Shown here: one piece after another, positions 30,190-38,122 of the stretch
How the letters are laid out: the number at the start of each line of letters is the position of its first letter
Numbering within the stretch: the first letter of the stretch is position 1
From: Burkholderiales bacterium
GTDB taxonomy: Bacteria > Pseudomonadota > Gammaproteobacteria > Burkholderiales > Usitatibacteraceae
DNA: 43,867 nucleotides
NCBI GenBank assembly: GCA_031368465.1
Contig: JANMNT010000015.1
Location: 1 to 43,867 of the forward strand
Direction of reading: 5' to 3'
Made by a program: the position numbers and the translations under genes
Notes under the pieces: generated by a model
Database searches by the model: none
Told to the model about the DNA's origin: nothing
What the model saw: the letters and a program-made list of their open reading frames with translations, nothing else

Positions 30190-31194
30190 ATGAATCCATC
30201 CCGCCGATTGATGACATTGCTCGCCCTTTGTATTCCACTTGTCACCGTGCACGGCGTCGGCAGTCAAACACCCGCCGCAGACGGCAAATCGGCGTGGCCG
30301 GCCGCCAAGGTCATCAAGCTGGTGGTGGGTTATCCGCCGGGCGGGGGCATTGATTTCACCGCAAGAACCATCCAAGCACCGCTGATCGATGCGCTCAAGC
30401 AGCAGGTGGTGGTCGATTACAAACCAGGCGCAAGCGGCATGCTGGCGGCGACTGAACTCACGCGTACGACTGCCGACGGTTACACATTGCTGGTGGCCAA
30501 CACCGGACCGTTTGCCATCGCGCCCTACATGCTCAAGCAGCAGCCGTACGATCCACTGCGCCAGTTCACCTACATCGGCCAGATCAGCCAATCGAGTTTT
30601 GTCGTTGCCGTGAAAAAAGATCACGTCGCCAAAGATTTAAAAGAATTCATCGCCTGGGCGCGCGCCAATAGCGGCAAGGTCAATTTTGCCTCGGGTGGCA
30701 ACGGCACGTCGACCCACCTCAACGGCGAGTTAATGAACCAGGCAACCGGTCTCGATATGACACACGTGCCATACAAAGGCAGCGCGCCGGCATTGCAGGA
30801 TTTGATCGGCGGGCAAACCCATGTACTGATCGACGCCGGCACGGTTTTGTTACCGCAGGTCAAAGGTGGAACACTGCGCGCCCTGGCGGTGACCGGACCG
30901 GTGCGCGACCCGCAAATGCCGGATGTACCGACGGTGCGTGAGCTCGGTCTGACGGCGATGGAGACAGTCGGCTTTCAAGGACTGGTTGGGCCGCCGGGTA
31001 TGCCACCAGAAATTGTTGCCAAGCTCGCCGCAGCGTTAACTGCGGTGTTGGGTCGCGCCGATGTAAAGGCAAAGTTTGCCGGTGCCGGTGCGGAAGTGCG
31101 TAGCGCCAGCCCAAGCGAATTTGCGGCGTTTGTCAAAGCCGATAGCGAGCGATGGGCAAAACTCATCAAGGAGCGAAAGTTGCAGCTGGACTAG
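30190..31194 (+). CDS. Bug family (TctC-like) tripartite tricarboxylate transporter substrate-binding protein, orphan
   Basis: AAAGGAA lies upstream of ATG 30190. It has a signal peptide and family motifs (VVGYPPGGGIDFTAR, NFASGGNGTSTHL, VPYKGSAPALQDLIGGQ). No tctA/tctB genes are adjacent. Confidence 0.85.
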   Translation: MNPSRRLMTLLALCIPLVTVHGVGSQTPAADGKSAWPAAKVIKLVVGYPPGGGIDFTARTIQAPLIDALKQQVVVDYKPGASGMLAATELTRTTADGYTLLVANTGPFAIAPYMLKQQPYDPLRQFTYIGQISQSSFVVAVKKDHVAKDLKEFIAWARANSGKVNFASGGNGTSTHLNGELMNQATGLDMTHVPYKGSAPALQDLIGGQTHVLIDAGTVLLPQVKGGTLRALAVTGPVRDPQMPDVPTVRELGLTAMETVGFQGLVGPPGMPPEIVAKLAAALTAVLGRADVKAKFAGAGAEVRSASPSEFAAFVKADSERWAKLIKERKLQLD

Positions 31195-31233
31195 AGTCTA
31201 TTTCAGCAGCGCGGGACCGATGAGTTGGTGCCG

Positions 31234-32001
31234 TTACGCGCGCCGACGCATCAGAAAAGTAGCGGCCTGCACAAAAAGCGCCGCGGCGACTGCCAACACA
31301 AAGGCCTGCGCGACACCAAGCGCAACCAGCAGCCACGCCAGCACAAAACAGAATGTTGCCAGCGAATAAACGCCGCGCACCAAGCCGCGAAACAAGGCAA
31401 TCGCATGTGCGCTGCCGGAACGGCGATGAATAAAGATCGCGAGAATGGGTGATAACAATGGTGCAAGTGCGGCGATACCGCTCCACGCCGGGCCCAGCGT
31501 TTGCGCCGCCCCCGTGACCACCAGCGTGAGGACAACACCCGCCGCCATGCGCGCGAGCAACTCAGTCACCGGCAAGGGGCTGGGCGCCGTGATCGCCGGT
31601 TGTGGCGGATACAAAAACGGCGCGATGAATAACGACAACAGCGCCACCAACGCGGCGCTGCCGAGGGTAAACGGAATACTCGATACAAAAAACGCCATCA
31701 CAAACCATCCGGACAAGCCAGAAATCGTCGCGATGATCCAACCATGTTTACCGGTGGCGAGGCGCGCCGCCCAGGCATAGGCCACGCCAAAAGCGATCAC
31801 CGTCGACACCGACGCAAGCGTCGAGACTGCCGCAGCGGCGGCAAAGGTCGTGCCCTGCTCAAGGCTCAACAAAAACAGGATCGGCCCCACCACCACCGGC
31901 AGCCCCGCAAGCCAACCCGCAAAACTCTGACCGAAACGTTTCCCGGCGAGCGAAATAATCGCCAGAAACAACGGGACCAGTGTCAGTTTCAGCAGCAGCA
32001 T
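31234..32001 (-). CDS. hypothetical polytopic membrane protein
   Basis: ATG 32001 (MLLLKLTLVPLF...) avoids overlap with rlmF. No SD is seen. The family is unknown. Confidence 0.55.
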   Translation of the reverse strand: MLLLKLTLVPLFLAIISLAGKRFGQSFAGWLAGLPVVVGPILFLLSLEQGTTFAAAAAVSTLASVSTVIAFGVAYAWAARLATGKHGWIIATISGLSGWFVMAFFVSSIPFTLGSAALVALLSLFIAPFLYPPQPAITAPSPLPVTELLARMAAGVVLTLVVTGAAQTLGPAWSGIAALAPLLSPILAIFIHRRSGSAHAIALFRGLVRGVYSLATFCFVLAWLLVALGVAQAFVLAVAAALFVQAATFLMRRRA

Positions 32002-32044
32002 GGGCGGAAGAGTTTTTGTTCGGGCGCTTGAATCACCTTGGGTC

Positions 32045-33034
32045 TTATTCGAATCGCCATGCAACGAGTCGACTCTTTTTTTGGCCCTGTGCCATGTCGA
32101 CGGTTTCCACCCGCGGTACATTCACATCGCGTAACGCGGCGTAGATTGCCGGGAGACTTTCCTCGCGCGACACCAGCGTACTGAACCACCCCACCTGCGC
32201 GCGGCACGTCGCGCTTTCGACCGCCATACGACACACAAACCCAACCTCGCCACCGTCGCACCAAAGCTCGGCCGCCTGACCGCCAAAATTGAGTTTGGGA
32301 TTTGATTTTTTATTGCCCGCGTTGCCCGTTTTACCCAGATTTTTCCATTTACGTGTCGCGCCGGCTTCGGCTTCGCGCGCGGAAGCGTGGAACGGCGGAT
32401 TACAAAGTACAAGGTCGAAACGATCGTCTGGCGCGACAATCCCCGCAAAAATTTTCTGCGCTGACGACTGCTGACGCAATTCGATCACCGCTGCGAGGCC
32501 GGCATTCTCATCAACGATTTTTTGCGCGGCGCCAAGCGCAACTGCATCGCAATCACTGCCGACAAACCGCCAGCCGTACTCATGATGACCGATCAACGGA
32601 TAAATGCAGTTCGCGCCGACGCCGATATCGAGTACGCGAACAGCCGGCCCGCGCGGGATGGTGCCGCCGTGGTCGATGGCGAGCAGATCAGCTGCGTGAT
32701 GCACATAGTCTGCCCGGCCGGGAATCGGCGGGCATAGATAACCCGGCGGCACCCGCCACCCGTCCACGCCATAAAACGCTTTCAACAGCGCGGCATTCAG
32801 CGCCATCACGCCAGCAGGGTTGGCGAAGTCGATGGTCAATTCGTTGGCGTCAAACGGATTGGGGATAAGAAATTCTTTCAGCGTCGGCAAGGCTGCGACC
32901 AGTTGCGGAAAATCGTAGCGACCACGATGGCGGTTACGTGGATGAAGATTCAGCTTTTCGAGAACAGGTTTACGAATCGCGGGGGCGGTTTCTTGCTTGG
33001 CGCGTTTGGCGGGCGGTGCGGGTTTTGCATGCAT
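32045..33034 (-). CDS. rlmF: 23S rRNA (adenine1618-N6)-methyltransferase RlmF
   Basis: [30 protein letters not shown] and N6-adenine motif IV NPPFH are colinear with RlmF/YbiN. ATG 33034 is preferred over the track start 33085. Confidence 0.85.
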   Translation of the reverse strand: MHAKPAPPAKRAKQETAPAIRKPVLEKLNLHPRNRHRGRYDFPQLVAALPTLKEFLIPNPFDANELTIDFANPAGVMALNAALLKAFYGVDGWRVPPGYLCPPIPGRADYVHHAADLLAIDHGGTIPRGPAVRVLDIGVGANCIYPLIGHHEYGWRFVGSDCDAVALGAAQKIVDENAGLAAVIELRQQSSAQKIFAGIVAPDDRFDLVLCNPPFHASAREAEAGATRKWKNLGKTGNAGNKKSNPKLNFGGQAAELWCDGGEVGFVCRMAVESATCRAQVGWFSTLVSREESLPAIYAALRDVNVPRVETVDMAQGQKKSRLVAWRFE

Positions 33035-33090
33035 GTTGGTTGTGGCCGGTGAGTGGAACTGGTGCAAACAAACGCATGCAGACAAATTGC

Positions 33091-33157
33091 AAAACGCCAG
33101 GAAAGACGGATATTTTCAGGCAGAAACGCCTGAAAATGCCGGTGGATATTGCCGTTT
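33091..33157 (+). repeat. 67-nt intergenic element, copy C
   Basis: It contains a perfect 10-bp hairpin: ATTTTCAGGC (33112-33121), loop agaaac, GCCTGAAAAT (33128-33137). It lies 29 nt 3' of the stop of the 33187..34500 gene. Confidence 0.8.
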
Positions 33158-33186
33158 CGGAATCTAATCTGGGCTGTCCACAATCA

Positions 33187-34500
33187 TTATTTTGCCGCAA
33201 CCCATTTCGCCGGCGAATAACTAATGGTGTAAGTCGGATCGGCGCGCGCGCGGATTACTTCCCTCTCAAGGAAACGCATGTATTGATGCCATTTTGCGGG
33301 CCATTTGGTGCATCGCCCGCCAGCCGAAAGGCAACTTGCCCGCATGGCTGGGTTACTTTTCAGCGCGGCCGCGAATGCGCCACCGACACCTGATCCCGCA
33401 ATTTGCTTTTCGTTTCCCGCAAAGCAGGATTCCATAAGAAGCAATTCAAGTTCATTTAACCGCGTCCGAAACTCCGCGTTTGGCAACTGCTCGACGTCAG
33501 CCTTCACGAAGTTTGAATTCATCGCAGATCTGCCAGCATCGTCGAATTGTTTCTCGTATTTTTCGCAGACAGCCATGCCCCTTTTCGGCGGAGCATTTCC
33601 GCCAACCATCGTATTTGTTGGAATCGACGGTATGCCGCCCTGAGGGGCTTCACTGGAAACCTTTGCTGGCGACCGGGTCCCACCGGGCACCGGCGTCACA
33701 TAGCCTTTCGGGGGCGGCGGCAGGGCGGCCATCTGCTGCGCGGCGGTTGCCACCAGTGCATGATTAGGGAAACGCGTCATCAGGGCCTTATATGCTTCGC
33801 GCGCCTGCAACAGCCTGCCAGCGCCTTTCATTTCATCGGCGGTTGCAAACAATTGCCCCGCATTCTGGCTTCCAAGCCCGCGAATGAACTCTGGGTCAAC
33901 GGTGTCGCGCATGTTGATATTTTCCGTCTCGGTTTGCACAACGCGTGAGGTACCATTGTCAGCGGACGGTGGCGCACGGCGTTCGGCGGCTTCTGCGCGG
34001 GCCCGCGCAAGTTCGACCTCAGCTGTCTTGCGCATGGCAAGCTCCTCCTCCACGGCAGCGCGTTTATCGGCAGCGGCTTGCTGTTCTGCGCGAACTTTCG
34101 CTGCGTCGCGCACCGTCACCACCGCCGTCTTCGAGCCGCCCTCACAAGCGGACGTGCCTTTGAAACCACGAAACATCGTCTTGGGCTCGGCGATTATCGC
34201 GTATGCACCCTCTTTCGCGTACTCATGGGTTGCAGTATTGGGCTTATCGCTATCCATGCGCATGTGCGGCATGTTGCCGTCGCCCCAATTTAATGTCAGC
34301 GCGCACGCGCCTTCGTTGGCTCTGCGTTTAAAGGTGATCTCAATGGTCACCGTCTGTCCAGTCAACACCTCGGCAGGCATCGCCTTCAATGTGGCGATTT
34401 CCTGGGCGCCCGCTGACACGGCGAACTGGAAAAATATCCAACAACCAATATATGGGAAGCGCACCAGCTTATGCGATTTTAAAACTGTGCAGACGTCCAT
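33187..34500 (-). CDS. secreted protein of unknown function with a PKD-like domain, an Ala/Glu/Arg coiled-coil segment and a Cys-containing C-terminal domain
   Basis: AAAGGAAG lies 4 nt upstream of ATG 34500. A signal-like N-terminus ends in SAGAQE. A PKD-type signature is present (LNWGDGN...THEYAKEGAYAIIAEP). Confidence 0.7.
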   Translation of the reverse strand: MDVCTVLKSHKLVRFPYIGCWIFFQFAVSAGAQEIATLKAMPAEVLTGQTVTIEITFKRRANEGACALTLNWGDGNMPHMRMDSDKPNTATHEYAKEGAYAIIAEPKTMFRGFKGTSACEGGSKTAVVTVRDAAKVRAEQQAAADKRAAVEEELAMRKTAEVELARARAEAAERRAPPSADNGTSRVVQTETENINMRDTVDPEFIRGLGSQNAGQLFATADEMKGAGRLLQAREAYKALMTRFPNHALVATAAQQMAALPPPPKGYVTPVPGGTRSPAKVSSEAPQGGIPSIPTNTMVGGNAPPKRGMAVCEKYEKQFDDAGRSAMNSNFVKADVEQLPNAEFRTRLNELELLLMESCFAGNEKQIAGSGVGGAFAAALKSNPAMRASCLSAGGRCTKWPAKWHQYMRFLEREVIRARADPTYTISYSPAKWVAAK

Positions 34501-34559
34501 AATCTTCCTTTCGTTACCCAACTGCATCATGATTTCGAGGCTACGGCTGGCGAATCGGA

Positions 34560-35966
34560 CTAACGTCGCTCGCTGACGCAATCATTGTGCGACCGCCATT
34601 TTTCGCTCCCACAAAGGTCAATCATGCATTGTTCGCGCTCGCTAACAGCAAGTGTGACGCACATTTTCAGTGGCGTTGGCAGGCTCTTTGGGATTGCGCC
34701 GTTAGTGGCGGATTGATCGGGGATACCGGCTGATTTGGACGTTGCGTCCGAGCCGATCATCGGTGTAAATGGCACCGATTGGCCGCCTGGTCGACCAGAA
34801 GACGCGGGTGGGGGAATTGAATTTGCTCGATCATTTTCTGTCATCACGCGACCATAATCGCCGCTTGCACGATTCGCATTCGATCCAATTCCTGCTATTG
34901 CGTCGCGCTGCATTTGTCCGGCAATGCGGTTGCTCAAAGGTGTATTTTCCGCCCTCTTGCTCAATTCATTAGCCGATTTCACGGATTGGTTGACGTTCGG
35001 ATCGCTATCGCCATTGGGATTGAACGCCCCATCCAAGATGTCGGTGCGCGCCTGCGCGCCCATTTTCTTTCCTTCAGTTGCGCCTTTCTTTCCAATTTCT
35101 TGCGCGTACGAATTGGAAGATTCATTCAGTTGTGCGCCAGCGGTTGCAGTTGCAGATCCGATCAATTGTTTACCCAGAGAACGCAATATGCGCGCTTCCT
35201 GTTCCGCAGCTTCTGCCGCTTGAATCTTGCGCTGCTGCTCCGCCTCCGCCTGTGCCTGTTGCTGCATTTGCGGCGTCTGAACAATTCGCGGCCCAGGCGT
35301 ACGATCAAGGTAGCTCGGCGGCGCTTGATAGATCACACTCGATTCAGGTGCGCGTGGTTGAGAACGATTGGCGCGTTCGAGTTCGACAGCCTGTTGCCGG
35401 CGTAGCGCATCGCTCTTGGCTTGCGCAATTTCTCGTTCGCGACGATTCTGATCGCTTTGCTGGTCGCGTTGTTGGCGCTGCATGGCTTCATTCGTCTGGC
35501 GCTGGCGGCTCTCGGCTTCGCGGCGGCTTCGTTCTGCAGCGTCCCTCTGCAGCCGCTCCTGTTGGATGTGTGCCTGCGCGGTCTGGTGACAGGCGCTGTT
35601 GAGTCTATGCACCTGATCGCTGGCGCGTCGCGATGCCTGGTGCGCCTCCTCGCCCGCTTGGTGCAACCGGCGGTCCTCACTGCCGCCAGAATCCATGCAT
35701 TGTTTCCACTTGCTACCGAATCCGTAGGTCTGTGTACAGTTGTCCCAGTTTCTCTTTGCGGCAGCCTTCGAGCGACGATAGAATTCGTTTCTCCGCTCCT
35801 CATGCTCGCGAACCACAGCAAGGCCGGCCTCTTTTGCACGATCGCACTCCGCAATCGAGCTCGGATTGCTCGGAAAGCTGATCGAAGCCGCACCAGCGAG
35901 TCCAATGGCACCCACCAAACATGCGACGCTCAATGTCATCCGCAAGACACGATTACGACAATTCAT
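34560..35966 (-). CDS. secreted Gln/Arg/Glu-rich coiled-coil protein of unknown function with Cys clusters at both ends
   Basis: GGGGGAG lies about 6 nt upstream of ATG 35966. The signal peptide is MNCRNRVLRMTLSVACLVGAIGLAGA. A TolA-like low-complexity segment reads ERLQRDAAERSRREAESRQRQ.... The mature part has 8 Cys. Confidence 0.7.
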   Translation of the reverse strand: MNCRNRVLRMTLSVACLVGAIGLAGAASISFPSNPSSIAECDRAKEAGLAVVREHEERRNEFYRRSKAAAKRNWDNCTQTYGFGSKWKQCMDSGGSEDRRLHQAGEEAHQASRRASDQVHRLNSACHQTAQAHIQQERLQRDAAERSRREAESRQRQTNEAMQRQQRDQQSDQNRREREIAQAKSDALRRQQAVELERANRSQPRAPESSVIYQAPPSYLDRTPGPRIVQTPQMQQQAQAEAEQQRKIQAAEAAEQEARILRSLGKQLIGSATATAGAQLNESSNSYAQEIGKKGATEGKKMGAQARTDILDGAFNPNGDSDPNVNQSVKSANELSKRAENTPLSNRIAGQMQRDAIAGIGSNANRASGDYGRVMTENDRANSIPPPASSGRPGGQSVPFTPMIGSDATSKSAGIPDQSATNGAIPKSLPTPLKMCVTLAVSEREQCMIDLCGSEKWRSHNDCVSERR

Positions 35967-36237
35967 GATGGTCTCCCCCATGGCACATTTTGGTGTTGTT
36001 ATTGTGCACATATCCATTGTGCCAGAACGATTCTTGCTTGTCTTGAATCCCAAGACGGGGCAGTCCGACGCCCAACTGATCAGCGGTGTGACCAATATGG
36101 GCGGAATCCGAAAATGGCGATAAAAAGCAGCCTAACGAAGGATTACAATGCCCTCGTTGGCATGCTGCGTGCGCAGGTGCGATTGGAGGATACCGAATCC
36201 ACCGGCCACTCGTTTCCATAAGCTCACAGGAGGCGTC

Positions 36238-36576
36238 ATGTCCCGACTAACCACCGTTCTAGGCTTTTTGCTGCTTGGCGGATTACTGATCCTGATTGGC
36301 AACGCCGAGATTTTTGTGTTGCCCGTTTTCCGACCAGCCATGAGAGTTTGGGGTGGAGAATTCAGCACCAGTAGTCAACTCTATTTCACCATCGCCAACC
36401 ACGGCACTCTCCTTATAGGACTTTTGCTTGTTGCACTCGGGTTGACATACTGGAAATTCAGGGAAGCAACACAGATGGCTGCGCTCAGCGCTTGTGCGCT
36501 GGCGGCGATTGTCTTGACGCTACTCAGCAGCGTATTTGTCGATATCGCGATTGCCATGCCTTCTCCGATGCGGTAA
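36238..36576 (+). CDS. hypothetical small membrane protein (3 TM)
   Basis: AGGAGG lies 5 nt upstream of ATG 36238. The gene is 112 aa and divergent from the 35966 gene. Confidence 0.6.
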   Translation: MSRLTTVLGFLLLGGLLILIGNAEIFVLPVFRPAMRVWGGEFSTSSQLYFTIANHGTLLIGLLLVALGLTYWKFREATQMAALSACALAAIVLTLLSSVFVDIAIAMPSPMR

Positions 36577-36640
36577 AGCAAGGTTGGCAAGCTGACGGCC
36601 ACATCAAAAATTGATCTACGCGGATTGTTGAACCCGCTCG

Positions 36641-37240
36641 TTAGCCCGGCGCGCGCGTAGCCGGCGTGTCGTTGGCTTTTTCGGCCGGCGTCACACCAAC
36701 GTAGAGCTCGGCGACGATTTGCTCGGCCAGCGTCGGGATGAATGCCTCTGAATACCCACGGTGCACCGCGGCGACCCTGCCATCCTTGCCGATGATCAGC
36801 ATGTGCGGAATACCGTTGACACCAAACGCCCCGGCGTAACGTTTGTAGCTATCGTTGGCGACGAGGATTTTGTAGTCACTCATTTTGCGAAAGGCTTCGC
36901 GGAACACTTCCCGCTCTTCGATATTGATCGCCACGACTTGCAGAATATCCTTGGAGACCTTGCGTTGCAGTGACTCAAGGTAGGCGATTTCGGCGCGGCA
37001 CGGCGCGCACCAGGTTGCCCAGAATGTCACCACCACAACTTTCCCGGCAAATTGCGTGGTCTCGATGAGTTTGCCATCGCGGGTGAGTCCCAGTGGGGCG
37101 GGCGGCACGTCACCTTTCTTAACCCTCAATGCAGACTGCTCACTTGCGTAAACGCCGCCAGCCATCAATGCCGAAAGTACGACGGCTGACATCCAACGGA
37201 ACAAGGCGAATGCTGATTGGTTGGGGGAACCTGACTGCAT
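36641..37240 (-). CDS. TlpA/redoxin family periplasmic thiol:disulfide oxidoreductase
   Basis: GAGGAA lies 5 nt upstream of ATG 37240. It has a signal/anchor segment and the thioredoxin motif WATWCAPCRAE. Confidence 0.85.
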   Translation of the reverse strand: MQSGSPNQSAFALFRWMSAVVLSALMAGGVYASEQSALRVKKGDVPPAPLGLTRDGKLIETTQFAGKVVVVTFWATWCAPCRAEIAYLESLQRKVSKDILQVVAINIEEREVFREAFRKMSDYKILVANDSYKRYAGAFGVNGIPHMLIIGKDGRVAAVHRGYSEAFIPTLAEQIVAELYVGVTPAEKANDTPATRAPG

Positions 37241-37726
37241 GGCAATTCCTCACAAAGTGTGTGGTGTGAACTGTAACGCTTCGCACCGTTGGGGACAACA
37301 TCCGTCCAACAAACGTCAAAAGTACACGATTGTTCGATGACCAACTACTTTGGCGCGGGTGCATCGCCGCATTTGCGTCGCGTTGGGCCCTGACGTTCTG
37401 CATGATCATGAAGGTGTCGGTCCAATAGATACCCCGATTCACCGCAATATAACGCAACAATTCCTCGTGGGCTTGCGCTTACACGCTCAGGTAGCCGCCA
37501 CCAGTGCCATGAAACAATTAAAGGGGCAGCGACGGTGATTCTGCGCACGTTTGGAAAAATATGTCGCTCATCCCTTTGAATCTCGTTGATCCCAGGGCTT
37601 TAGGAAAAATCGACCCTGGCCGCGTTTGAGTCGGCGGTGCAGGCGCCGGTTGAGGAGAACAGGTAATCAATGGTTTCTGATCGTATTTATTGCAAATTCT
37701 CGTTTTCCGTACGTTAGATATGTCCG

Positions 37727-37969
37727 TTGGCGACCCTGCCGATCGCGGCCACGGCAGCGCTGGCGATTGCGCATGGCTCCTTGGCGGGCGACATCGAACT
37801 GCCTGTGCGGTCGCTGTGCTGCACAGACCACACAGACCATTACGTGGCCGTATTGATCCGCACGGTACTGGTGTCCCGCATTGACGCTAGTCGCGTATTC
37901 GCGCCAACTGCCCGCAGACCGGTCTGCTCAGTGCGCAAGCGCACGGAACGAAACGACATTTTTCCGTAA
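37727..37969 (+). CDS. possible small exported protein or gene fragment (start unresolved)
   Basis: Of the three plus frames in the GC-rich part of the gap, only this one has coding-like third-position G+C by eye. It reads (TTG)ATLPIAATAALAIAHGSLAGD..., which is signal-peptide-like. No SD is seen, and the nearby ATG 37720 is out of frame. Confidence 0.2.
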   Translation: MATLPIAATAALAIAHGSLAGDIELPVRSLCCTDHTDHYVAVLIRTVLVSRIDASRVFAPTARRPVCSVRKRTERNDIFP

Positions 37970-38122
37970 CGTACAACATTCAAACCTGATGTCATCAGCC
38001 GTGCCCCCGATTGACCGCACCATGATGAATGCTTGTTGCCATGCTGACGATAAACGGCGGCGCGTCACGGCTGGTTCGGGTCGTTGTTGCGTCATAAATG
38101 TATGGCCCCACTGGAGAAACCC

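Noticed and set aside
37246-37560. Minus-strand frame upstream of tlpA reading MSDIFFQTCAESPSLPL*LFHGTGGGYLSV*AQAHEELLRYIAVNRGIYWTDTFMIMQNV..., considered as a decayed gene.
   Set aside because: Two stops in about 100 codons is no fewer than expected for non-coding sequence. I recognise no family, and the region is AT-richer than coding DNA here.
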